From: Candidatus Latescibacterota bacterium | GTDB taxonomy: Bacteria; Latescibacterota; UBA2968; GCA-2709665 | Length of the DNA stretch: 64,000 bases | NCBI GenBank assembly: GCA_965226795.1 | Contig: CBDDDZ010000002.1 | Coordinates: 256,001 to 320,000 of the forward strand | Direction of reading: 5' to 3' | Shown here: positions 48,551 to 57,804 of the stretch, piece after piece | Layout: the number at the start of each line of letters is the position of its first letter | Position numbering within the stretch: position 1 is the stretch's first letter | The notes under the pieces: model-generated | The model's input: the letters and a program-made list of their open reading frames with translations, nothing else | The model's database searches: none | What the model was told of the DNA's origin: nothing | Program-made: the position numbers and the translations under genes

Positions 48551-48973
48551 TCACAATGTCCACACCACCTCCACCACCCCTTCCGCGGGGCGCATCCGGA
48601 CAGTATCGCCGGTCCGGATGGTCGCGAGTGGATCGGGTTCCAATTCGTGCATCAGCGCCACGTTCGCCAGCACCGCGCCCTGCACCATAACCGGGTTGGT
48701 GCGTCCGAATATGAATCCCGCCGGACAGGTTCCCCGCGCCACCATGTCCAGCATCATCCAGGACGTGGCCACGCCGCCCTTGGACGTGCGAAACACGACG
48801 ATTTTTCCAGCGATCGACTGCCCGTAGAGCGGGTGCGTCTCCCGGCTGATCACGCCGCTGTACCGGTCATAATCGTACCGGGCGCTGAATCCTTCGTCGC
48901 ATACCAGCGCAACGCCTTCCGCGTCTGGTCCGACGCCCGGATGCCCGCGTAGCACAATGGTATCGGTCATCAC
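48551..48973 (-). CDS. aconitase X swivel (small) subunit, DUF126
   Basis: AEGVALV, HPLYGQSIAGKIVVF and KGG motifs; lies downstream of a DUF521 gene. Confidence 0.9.
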   Translation of the reverse strand: MMTDTIVLRGHPGVGPDAEGVALVCDEGFSARYDYDRYSGVISRETHPLYGQSIAGKIVVFRTSKGGVATSWMMLDMVARGTCPAGFIFGRTNPVMVQGAVLANVALMHELEPDPLATIRTGDTVRMRPAEGVVEVVWTL

Positions 48974-49032
48974 AGACTCTCCCGACTGTCCGTGGAGGCC
49001 CGACGAGCGGGAATCCCCGTCGCTTCATGCCT

Positions 49033-50271
49033 TCATCTGACTTTTCCCGTCACCGCGGCATCCACGCACGTTTCCACCGGCCGGAATACCGGGTTGTATC
49101 CATAGCCGGAGATGATATTCGCCAGTTTCGCCGAGTTCGTCACCAGCGTGCGATATTGAAACCGTTCCCGCAGCCGCCGGGCGTTCATGATATAAAAGCA
49201 GACCCCGGTAAGGATCTTTCCGCCCGCCGTTTCCACGGTCTCCGTGAACCCCATTCGATCCGCCAGCGCTTTGATCTGATAATTGGTGGTCAGGTACAGC
49301 GTCGTATCCGGGTGCACCCGCCTTCCGCGCAGCAGATCCACAATCGACTGAAGCTCGAACAGGGATAATTGCGGCGTGCCGCACACCACCAGGTCCACGG
49401 CCTCCTTCTCCGGCTGGAAGGAATCGTACGCCGCCCGCAGCATCCCGGGCGACACGACAATCGTCTCATCCGGATTCCGACCCTGATAGGCCTCGTCGGA
49501 CGTGCGCGCCTCTGGCGTCACGCCCACCATATGGAACATCGCCAGCGACCCGTAACTGGCCAGCGCCGCCCCCAGATGTTTCAGATCGTCGATGGACGGC
49601 GGCGCCTTAACGTCTTCAAATACCGGAACCCGCCAGTAGTCGTCCACCTGCCGTCCCACCACACAACCAAGCGCCCCCCAATCGCTGTTCGACCGGGGCT
49701 GATCGGCCACCACGACGCGCAACGTGCCGTGCCGCCGTTCGGGCAGGTGAAACCCGTAACGCGGCACCCGGCCGGTGAGCCCGGCCCACACGGCCGCGGG
49801 ACCCGCCTCGAAATTGGACCTGGCGCCGGCAACCGAGTTCGCAAAGATCACCGTGCCGGTATCGCCCCAGCCCAGGTGTTCGCCGAACCTGGGAGGGTCC
49901 ACGGTCTGATAGTTGATGCAGGTGTTGCACGGAAGCGCGCCCATCGCCGTCAACGCTTCCACGATGCGGCGCTCATTGATTACCTCCTCCTCTTCCTGTC
50001 CCACGTCCCTCCAGAGGGCAAAATCAACGCTCCTGGGATTGGTCGTCACCGGGACCCGGAAACGCCCGCCGCGGGCTGCGGTTTCTTCCAGAAAACGAAG
50101 CCCCGGATCCGCAAGCGCCTCGATATCCGCCATCACGTGCACCGTTCGGACCGGCACGAAGTCCTCGGCGCGAAAGAACGCCCCCACCTTCATCTGCTGC
50201 GCCAGCGCTTCCCCCGCGGCCTGCCCCATGTCTCCGGCCCGCATCGCCTTCTCTTCATGCGTTAATTTCAT
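49033..50271 (-). CDS. aconitase X catalytic (large) subunit, DUF521
   Basis: MKLTHEE, VTTNP, NSVAGARSN, MFHMVGVTPEA and TNSAK motifs. Confidence 0.92.
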   Translation of the reverse strand: MKLTHEEKAMRAGDMGQAAGEALAQQMKVGAFFRAEDFVPVRTVHVMADIEALADPGLRFLEETAARGGRFRVPVTTNPRSVDFALWRDVGQEEEEVINERRIVEALTAMGALPCNTCINYQTVDPPRFGEHLGWGDTGTVIFANSVAGARSNFEAGPAAVWAGLTGRVPRYGFHLPERRHGTLRVVVADQPRSNSDWGALGCVVGRQVDDYWRVPVFEDVKAPPSIDDLKHLGAALASYGSLAMFHMVGVTPEARTSDEAYQGRNPDETIVVSPGMLRAAYDSFQPEKEAVDLVVCGTPQLSLFELQSIVDLLRGRRVHPDTTLYLTTNYQIKALADRMGFTETVETAGGKILTGVCFYIMNARRLRERFQYRTLVTNSAKLANIISGYGYNPVFRPVETCVDAAVTGKVR

Positions 50272-50360
50272 TGAAGTCTCTGGAGAATTCTTGACGATAC
50301 TCCAAATTGAAACTGCGACAGGCCCGCTGATCGCTCGCCCTCAGAGTGGCATTCGCTTGT

Positions 50361-50715
50361 CAAACGCGAGGTCTTTCGCGAGCGCTCCCAGAGCAGAGCG
50401 CGTTGTTCCGTCCAGCACCGAGGATCGCCGTTCTTCCGTGGCTGGCAGGACAAAATCCCCAGTACCGTCTCCAATGGGTATTCGCGCTGTGCATATGGCA
50501 GGCCCCGCGCCCAGCGGCGACTTTTGGTTCCTTTTGGTCGTTTCAAAAGGAACACGCCGTAGGCAGGGAATCTGGGGAGAAGTGGATCTTGAATTTGGTA
50601 TTACCCTGTTTTTTTTCTTCACCCGCCGGAGGCGAGCAGCCGGGGGGAGAGGTCACGGCGTTGACGTCAACGGATTGGGTTTCCGATTCAAGCTGACTGC
50701 TGAAACTGATCGCTG
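50361..50715 (+). mobile_element. modular structured non-coding element, copy E (solo R arm + heptamer end)
   Basis: CAGAGCAGAGCGCG...ATTCGCGCTGTGCATATGGCAGGCCCCGCGCCCAGCGGCGACTTTTGGTTCCTTTTGGTCGTTTCAAAAGGAAC; GCTGACTGCTGAAACTGATCGCTG end. Confidence 0.75.
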
Positions 50716-50735
50716 CCTTTCCTGATAGCTTACAG

Positions 50736-51296
50736 CTACTCATCCAGGACTTTGACCATGTCGATGAGATCGCAGGTCTCCCCGGAGTCCATCAACACCC
50801 AGTCCGGGCGGCGCCCGGATTCGACGTAGCCGACTTTTCGGTAGACGTGAATGCCTGCGGTATTGGCGGACCAGACGGTGAGGTAAAGCTTGCGGGCACC
50901 CATCAGGCGGGATTCCTTTTCCAGGGTGTCCATCAGGCGGGTGCCAATCCCCCGGCCGCAGGCGCGGGCAATGAGAGCGAGGCCGATGGTAAAGTAGTCG
51001 TGGCCGCTTTTCTGTGTGAATCCCTCGCCGAGAAGGACGCCGTGCTGTTCGACCAGGAGATAACTCGACCGGTTCTGTTTAATGCCAACCAGGGCCTGCG
51101 AAAGCTCACGGCCCCCGGAAACGGCGTCGAGTTCAAGGCGCCTGCACATGACTTTTTCGCACGTCAGCGTGCGGTGCATGTCGATGAAGGCGTCCAGGTC
51201 GCGCCACCGCGGGTACCGGAAAGACGTTTTGGTCCCGTCAATCAAGAAAGTTTCAACGACGTAGCCTTCTTGCATGGCGAATGCCCGTGCGGCCAA
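50736..51296 (-). CDS. GNAT family N-acetyltransferase
   Basis: GRGIGTRLM acetyl-CoA motif and N.AGIHVYRKVGY. Confidence 0.88.
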   Translation of the reverse strand: MAARAFAMQEGYVVETFLIDGTKTSFRYPRWRDLDAFIDMHRTLTCEKVMCRRLELDAVSGGRELSQALVGIKQNRSSYLLVEQHGVLLGEGFTQKSGHDYFTIGLALIARACGRGIGTRLMDTLEKESRLMGARKLYLTVWSANTAGIHVYRKVGYVESGRRPDWVLMDSGETCDLIDMVKVLDE

Positions 51297-51429
51297 AGTC
51301 GATTGAGGAAGGGCTATATGTCAGGGAATATGGTGCGATCGGAGGATATGTCGATACGCCGGACTAAAATAGGGCATGGCAGGCACTGGCGCAAGCCCCG
51401 TGGAGCTACCTGAAAGTTCGTTTTAGGGC

Positions 51430-51458
51430 TTGACGGGTCTGTTTTGGCGTGTTAAAAT
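51430..51458 (+). promoter_or_regulatory. sigma70 promoter TTGACG-N17-(TG)TAAAAT
   Basis: Near-consensus -35 and -10 boxes with extended -10 TG, upstream of the 51635 operon. Confidence 0.65.
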
Positions 51459-51634
51459 GCATCTCGACGGCGTTAAGGAACGCAACGCCGGATTATGGAA
51501 TGTGATCGCTGCGGATTCGTGTCGAAGGCATCGGGTATGGTATCGATACACGTAACGTCCGTTTGCTCGTAGGCGGACCTCCGTGCTGAATTGCCGGCGC
51601 GTTGTCTTTTTCAAAGTCAAAAGGAGTTCAGTAC

Positions 51635-52678
51635 ATGAAGACATATCGGGTTGCGATTGTGGGGTTGGGACGGATGGGCAGTACGATCGACGAGGAGGTG
51701 GTGGACTACCCCTCCATTCCGTTGCCGTATTCCGTGGCGGGTTCGTGCAAGGCCAGCGAGCGATTGGAACTCGTGGCGGGATCGGATCTGGTGGTGGAGA
51801 AACGGCGGGCATTTGGCGAGAAGTGGGGGGTGTCGGCGTTATACGAGAATTATCTGAAGATGATCGAGGTGGAACGGCCCGATATGGTGGCGGTGTGCAC
51901 CAAGGGGGTCCTGCACGCTGACATGGGGGTGGAGGTCGCCCGGGCGGGCGTACCGATGCTTTACCTGGAGAAGGCAATGGCGTGTTCAATGGCCGAAGCC
52001 GACGCGGTCAGGGATGCCTGCCAGGAACACGGAACCGTGTTCAATACGGGCGTCCTGCGGCGATTCGACAACCGTTACCACGCGGCACGGGCGCTGATCG
52101 CGCAGGGTGAAATCGGCAAGGTCAACGTGGCGGTGCACTTTGCCCGTTCGAATCTGCTGCACGGACACGTCCATTCGATGGACACGGTCTCGTATCTGTT
52201 GGGCGATCCGAAGATCGCTCGGGTGCGCGGCGAGCTTCTTCCGGAGGACCTGGTCATCGAGAACAACCGGCTGGATCAGGATCCGGTATCCCGATATCAT
52301 CTGGAATTCGAGAACGAGGTTGAAGCCTGGACCATTCCCGCGGGTCACTGGGAGTTTGAGGTGGTGGGCGCTGAAGGTGCGATCCGTTCGCGCAACAACG
52401 GGGTGGGGTGGGAATTGCGCAAGACGGGCGCCCCGCGAGGACGGCACCGGTTTGTGGAAGCAGCGGCGTTTCCGGAGGTGGAACCACGAAGCGCCGTGGT
52501 GGCGTGTCTCGAGGATCTGGCGGCGGCATACGAGTCGGGCGAACCGTCGCTGGGCAACGTGGAGGTAACTCACCATATCACGGAGGCCTGTTTTGCCGTG
52601 GCCGAGAGCCACCGCCGGAACGGGGCCCGGGTCGCACCGCCGGAAGTGGATCGAGATCTGTATATTTTCCATGTATGA
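51635..52678 (+). CDS. Gfo/Idh/MocA family oxidoreductase
   Basis: VAIVGLGRMG and LEKAM motifs; AAGGAG RBS. Confidence 0.9.
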   Translation: MKTYRVAIVGLGRMGSTIDEEVVDYPSIPLPYSVAGSCKASERLELVAGSDLVVEKRRAFGEKWGVSALYENYLKMIEVERPDMVAVCTKGVLHADMGVEVARAGVPMLYLEKAMACSMAEADAVRDACQEHGTVFNTGVLRRFDNRYHAARALIAQGEIGKVNVAVHFARSNLLHGHVHSMDTVSYLLGDPKIARVRGELLPEDLVIENNRLDQDPVSRYHLEFENEVEAWTIPAGHWEFEVVGAEGAIRSRNNGVGWELRKTGAPRGRHRFVEAAAFPEVEPRSAVVACLEDLAAAYESGEPSLGNVEVTHHITEACFAVAESHRRNGARVAPPEVDRDLYIFHV

Positions 52679-52717
52679 GAGGCCCGGCATGCCGTGCCAT
52701 TACCGGAACGAGGGTCT

Positions 52718-53845
52718 ATGAAGATCGCGCCATTGATATCGCCGGATGAATTCGTGGGATTGGAAGGCGTCACGCATTTGTGTACAGGAGGAGAAAGTCC
52801 GTGGCTGAAGTCGCAGGAGGCGGTCTATGCCGAGTTTGCGCGCCTGAAAAGCGGAGGATATGACGGGCGGGGCGAGATTTATGAGATCGGGGACCGGTGC
52901 CGCGGCCGTCTGAGCAAACTCTGGGGCGTTCCTGCCTGGCGCATTGCGTTCATGCCGTCCGCGGCGGAGGGCATCAATTGGCTGGCGAGGGGGCTGGACT
53001 GGCGGGAGGGGGATAACGTGGTGACGACGAACCTGGAGTTCCCGTCGGTGGCGTATGCGTGGAAACAACTGGATCGACTGGGTGTGGAAGTGCGAATGGT
53101 CCCGCATAGGGACTGGTTCGTCCACGAGGCGGATCTCCTGGCGGCGGTGGACGCACGCACGCGGGTGCTGGCCGTCAGCCAGGTGAGTTTCTATACGGGG
53201 CAGAACCTGGACGTGGAACGGCTATCCGAGGGCACGCGGAGCAGAGGCGTGCTGCTGGCGGTTGACGCGACCCACGCGTCCGGGGTGGTGTGGGTCGATG
53301 CCGGGTTGGCGGATCTGACGGTGAGCAGCAGCTACAAATGGATGCTGGCGACGCATGGTGTCGCGCCGTGTTACGTGAGCGAACGGGCGGAGGCTCAGAT
53401 CGGGACGACATGCTTTGGCTGGCGGAACCTGGCGGTCTGGCCGGCCCAGCGCGCCGAGCGCCATCCCGATGTGGATGAGAAACCGATGCCGGACCGGATG
53501 GAGCCGGGAAACCCCGCGATGATGGTGGTGATGCACCTGGACAAGGCGCTGGAGGTCATGCTGGACGTGGGTATGGATCGGATCGATACGCATGCGCGCG
53601 ATCTGTCGGAACAGGTGAGCGCCGGTCTGGAGCGGCTCGGGTTACCCGTGATCAGTCCGCGGGATCGCCGGGCGCGTTCGGGCAATACATGCTTTTCAGT
53701 CGACGATGCGAAGGGGCTGGAAATGCGCCTGGCGGAGCATGGGGTACTGTGCTGGGGGGAATACGGACGGCTACGGGTGTCGACACATCTGTACAACGGC
53801 AGCTCGGACGTCGACAGGCTTCTGGAAGTCCTGGGCTCGTTGTGA
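52718..53845 (+). CDS. class V PLP-dependent aminotransferase-fold enzyme
   Basis: EFPS, VDATHASG, SSYKW (PLP lysine) and RVSTHLYN motifs. Confidence 0.9.
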   Translation: MKIAPLISPDEFVGLEGVTHLCTGGESPWLKSQEAVYAEFARLKSGGYDGRGEIYEIGDRCRGRLSKLWGVPAWRIAFMPSAAEGINWLARGLDWREGDNVVTTNLEFPSVAYAWKQLDRLGVEVRMVPHRDWFVHEADLLAAVDARTRVLAVSQVSFYTGQNLDVERLSEGTRSRGVLLAVDATHASGVVWVDAGLADLTVSSSYKWMLATHGVAPCYVSERAEAQIGTTCFGWRNLAVWPAQRAERHPDVDEKPMPDRMEPGNPAMMVVMHLDKALEVMLDVGMDRIDTHARDLSEQVSAGLERLGLPVISPRDRRARSGNTCFSVDDAKGLEMRLAEHGVLCWGEYGRLRVSTHLYNGSSDVDRLLEVLGSL

Positions 53846-53900
53846 GTTGCCGGCGGTCGAAGACGGGCGGTTCGCCGGCTTTTTCAAGGAGAACGACAGG

Positions 53901-54731
53901 ATGATGAAATTGGGCTGCATGTCGCTGAGCTACAAGGATCAATTTGCGAACGGAGAAATAGACCTGGCCGGGTTTATCGACCGGGCGCATGAACTGCGGC
54001 TGGATGGGATCGATATTCATACGCGGGCGTTTGCGTCCACGGAGCCGCCCTATCTGCGGGACATCAGGATGCGATGCCTGAAGCGCGGGCTGGCGATTTC
54101 CTATATCGGGGTGAGCAACGATTTCGGCAGGGGGGGGCCCGAGCTTGCCAGCGCAGTTGAAGAGGTGAAATCGTGGGTGGACGTGGCTGCATTCATGGGT
54201 GTGCCCCTGGTGCGGATTTTTGCGGCGTGGGTGCGTGGCGGTGCGTCGGAGGCGGAGGTGTGGGCGCGGATGATGCCATGTATGCGGGAGGTGGCCGCGT
54301 ATGGAGAGAAGAAGGGAGTTGTCCTGGGTCTGCACAACCACAACCACGGGTGCGTGACCCGTACGGGAAAGGATGTGCGCCGCATTATCGAGACCGTGGA
54401 CAATGCATACCTCTCGCATATTCTTGATACCGGTCAGTACGTCGGGTCGCCGGGGGCGAGCGGCGCAAATGGCCGGGAAGATCCGGCACTGGATTTTTAC
54501 GGGAGCATTACGGAGACGGCGCCGATGGCCGTGCATGTGCGCGCGAAGATTTACAGGATTCAGACCGGTGAGGAGGCCTGGCTGGACTATCCCAGGATTT
54601 TTGAGATTTTGAGAGGCGTGGATTACAACGGCTGGGTTTCGGTGGTCTACGAAGGACAGGCCGTGGAAGCGGAGGAGACGGCGGTTCCCAGGGCCGTGGA
54701 CTATCTGAGGCGGTTTGTTCCCGGCGGCTGA
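53901..54731 (+). CDS. sugar phosphate isomerase/epimerase (AP endonuclease 2 TIM barrel)
   Basis: LGLHNH, LDTG, HVRAK and YNGWVSVVYEG motifs. Confidence 0.85.
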   Translation: MMKLGCMSLSYKDQFANGEIDLAGFIDRAHELRLDGIDIHTRAFASTEPPYLRDIRMRCLKRGLAISYIGVSNDFGRGGPELASAVEEVKSWVDVAAFMGVPLVRIFAAWVRGGASEAEVWARMMPCMREVAAYGEKKGVVLGLHNHNHGCVTRTGKDVRRIIETVDNAYLSHILDTGQYVGSPGASGANGREDPALDFYGSITETAPMAVHVRAKIYRIQTGEEAWLDYPRIFEILRGVDYNGWVSVVYEGQAVEAEETAVPRAVDYLRRFVPGG

Positions 54732-54889
54732 AGCACCGCGCAGGCCGATCGTCAGGCCTCCTTCGCCGTGCTGAAGGGGGAGCCAGATGCGATGAGGACG
54801 TCGGCGCGGAGATTAATGGCACCTGATTGAGACAAAGGGGATGACCGATTGCCGGCGACCTGCCGGGTATTGCTCAGAGGACCGGGGGT

Positions 54890-56890
54890 ATGGCTCAGGC
54901 GCGTCTTACAGACAGCCAGGACGGTTTTGAAGACCCCGTTCCTGGGCGGAACGGTATCACCGCGCGATCGGTGGTTCTGGGTCTGCTGACAGCGGCCGCA
55001 TCGGCCTACTATGGCATTGCCGGGTCGATGGTGCTGCACGTCGGATCGTTGGTAAAGTCGAATTTCCCCGTGTCGTTAATCCTGGTGTTTACAATCTGGG
55101 TGACCATCAATATGGTGATCGCCCGGGTCGCGCCCCGGAGCGTGCTGTCCCGCACCGAAATGATGGTCATCTTCGCCATGGCGTGGATTGCGGGGATGAT
55201 GCCCGGGGTGGGCTGGACGGGATACATGACGGGCGCGTTGCCTGCGCCGCATTTTTTCGCCACTCCCGAGAATCGCTGGGCAGACCTGTTCCTGGACGAA
55301 CTGCCCCACTGGGCGTTTCCCGAGCCCGTGCCGGAAATTGTGGACCGGTTCTATTTCGGGCTGCGCAAAGGGGAGACGCTTCCGTGGTCCGGGTGGTTGG
55401 CGCCGGTGGGCTGGTGGCTGGTCGGCAGCCTCGCCATGGTGGGCGTGGCGTTTTTCGTAACGACGATCTTTCATCGCCAATGGGCCGATGCGGAGCGATT
55501 GACCTACCCCCTGGTGAGTTTCCCCGCGGACCTGACCGAGGGGATCGGACGCGGTCGTTGTATTCCGATGCTCTTCCGGTCTCCGTTGTTCTGGTTCGGA
55601 TTCGCCTGGACCGCGGGCATCATCTGCTGGAACATCATCACGTTCTGGTATCCCCAGGTGCCGCGCGTCACGCTGTTCGATTCGGTGAATACCAAGTGGA
55701 TGGTGGTGGCCCAGAATTTCCCGCGCGTCTACTATCGCGTACTGCCGCTGGTGATTGGTCTGGGTTATCTGTGCCGCCTGGATCTGCTGTTCAGTTTCTG
55801 GTTTATGGGTTTGCTGGCGGTGGTGAAGGTCGGTGTGATGAATCGGACCGGGTTCACGGTGGGCCTGGCGGGGCAGCCCTCGACCGGCAACGAAATCGTC
55901 AATCTGGAAAGCCACGGGGCGATGACGATCCTGGTGGTGTGGTCCATCTGGATGGCCAGGCGCCACCTCGCTTACGTATGGAAGAAGACCTGGGAAGGAG
56001 GGGATGCGGGAGAGGGTCCGGTGTCCTATCGGACCGCGGTGGCGGGGCTTGTGATCTGCTCGAGTTTTGTCTGCGGATTCTTTATGGCGGTTGGCCTCTC
56101 GTTCAGCCTTGCCCTGGGACAGATGACGTTGATGTTCATTGCGTATTTCACGGTTGCGAAATACATGGCGGCGACCGGGTTCGGATACCTCGTACCCGTG
56201 GGCGGCAAGGGCGGATGGTGGCTGAAGTCCATCACGGGCACGGCGACAATGGATACCCGCAACCTGGTGGGATTGGGGCTTTTGAACAGCAGCATCTTTT
56301 TTGGAGGGGGCCGGCTGCAGACCATTCAGATGTTGCCCCATCATCTGAAGGCGATGGACCACCTGAAATCCCGCCGGGGATGGATTGGCGGGACGGTTTT
56401 TTTTGGATTCGTGGTCAGCTTCCTGGTATGCGTGGGCTTTATCATCTATTTCTGTTATACGGAGTCCGCGCTGTTTCTGCGATCATGGACGTTATGGGAG
56501 GGGCCGCACGGCATATTCAACGGCGTGGCAACGTCCATCGGTGAGGCGGACCGGACCGTATTCGACCCCCAGAAGCTGGGGGTCTGGCTGTTCGGCGCGG
56601 CCGAAGCGGGCTTGCTGGCCCTGTTGCGGACCTGGTTTCCATGGTGGCCGTTGCACCCGCTGGGACTGGCGTTCCAGTATACCACGGGACCCCGGTATTA
56701 TGTGTTGAGCATTATGATGGTGTGGGCCGCCAAGTTGCTGATCGTGCACTACGGGGGTCCGCGGTTGTACGAGAAGGCGAAGCCGTTTTTCTACGGAACG
56801 GTGATCGGGTATTGTGTCGGAATCGGCATTGCGCAGGTGATCGACCTGATCTGGTTTCCGGGACATGGGCATGGCTTTCATAATTATTAA
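54890..56890 (+). CDS. polytopic membrane protein, DUF6785/OPT-like putative transporter
   Basis: 666 aa with many TM segments; ATPENRW, RQWADAERLTYPL, WWPLHPLG and YEKAKPFFYG motifs. Confidence 0.75.
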   Translation: MAQARLTDSQDGFEDPVPGRNGITARSVVLGLLTAAASAYYGIAGSMVLHVGSLVKSNFPVSLILVFTIWVTINMVIARVAPRSVLSRTEMMVIFAMAWIAGMMPGVGWTGYMTGALPAPHFFATPENRWADLFLDELPHWAFPEPVPEIVDRFYFGLRKGETLPWSGWLAPVGWWLVGSLAMVGVAFFVTTIFHRQWADAERLTYPLVSFPADLTEGIGRGRCIPMLFRSPLFWFGFAWTAGIICWNIITFWYPQVPRVTLFDSVNTKWMVVAQNFPRVYYRVLPLVIGLGYLCRLDLLFSFWFMGLLAVVKVGVMNRTGFTVGLAGQPSTGNEIVNLESHGAMTILVVWSIWMARRHLAYVWKKTWEGGDAGEGPVSYRTAVAGLVICSSFVCGFFMAVGLSFSLALGQMTLMFIAYFTVAKYMAATGFGYLVPVGGKGGWWLKSITGTATMDTRNLVGLGLLNSSIFFGGGRLQTIQMLPHHLKAMDHLKSRRGWIGGTVFFGFVVSFLVCVGFIIYFCYTESALFLRSWTLWEGPHGIFNGVATSIGEADRTVFDPQKLGVWLFGAAEAGLLALLRTWFPWWPLHPLGLAFQYTTGPRYYVLSIMMVWAAKLLIVHYGGPRLYEKAKPFFYGTVIGYCVGIGIAQVIDLIWFPGHGHGFHNY

Positions 56891-56939
56891 AGTTCTGAAC
56901 CGGAAATGGATCGCCGAAATCTGGCCGACGAGAAACAGC

Positions 56940-57765
56940 AACAGCAGCTATTAGCCATCGGCGGTCAGCCGTCAGCTAAGAGCGAAAACCAAATTCAACA
57001 TCCACATCTCCCCTAATTCCCTGCCTACGGCGTGTTCCTTTTGAAGCGACCAAAAGGAACCAAAAGTCGCCGCTGGGCGCGGGGCCTGCCATATGCACAG
57101 CGCGAATCACGCCGCAGACGCACCGGGTACTCTGCCCTGCTAACCTCGCAGGTACTCCAATCTTCAGCGCTGGACGGAATAGCGCGCTCTGCTCTGTTAG
57201 TCCTCTGGAAAGGCGTTTTAATCGTAAATTTCATTGAGTTTCTCACCAGCGAGGAGCAATCAGTTGTCGACAGACACCCAATATTGGTTAGCAATACTGC
57301 CGCGTGATGCCTATCGCCGATGACTGCGCCTTCACGAGGGCAACCACAAGGGTTGCCCCTACAAATCCGACGATGGCCGCGTAACACGGCGATAAGAATA
57401 CCACTAATGGCCGTTTGGTGTAGGGGCGGTTCGCGAACCGCCCGCTCTTCCGCGCGGCAAAAGCACGAACCTACAAAATGGTCTTTCGCAGTCTACCTAA
57501 AGTGCGCACGGTTGTGGCGTGGGGGGTTTTTCCACGCTATTCCGTGCAGCACCGAAGCGCAATGTGTCTATAGGCGTACGTAGGTCACAATTGCCGGCCT
57601 ACTCCACTGACGAGATTCGTGGAAAAACCGGCCCCGCGCCGAGCGGCCTGCCTGCGCCGAGCCGTGCTCGGCAGGCAGGCGCCCTTCTTTTTCGCCCTTT
57701 TTCTTGGGCGATGCAAGAAAAAGGGCAAGGGAATAGGGGACGTTATGGGGGTGGTGAGATTCTAA
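56940..57765 (-). mobile_element. modular structured non-coding element, copy F (L arm with insert + unique cargo with two REPs + R arm)
   Basis: Heptamer array ~56945-56978, R hairpin 57034-57060, REPs 57338-57362 and 57420-57443, 33-bp palindrome 57647-57679, L hairpin 57694-57726. Confidence 0.78.
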
Positions 57766-57804
57766 CTGGTGAGTGTCTAAACGCAACCTGGAGGATGTTG
57801 ACAG

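Noticed and set aside
45586..48899. Diversity-generating retroelement TR/VR pair
   Set aside because: Only 3 of 5 mismatches involve adenine, 287 bp are invariant, and there is no reverse transcriptase in the window.
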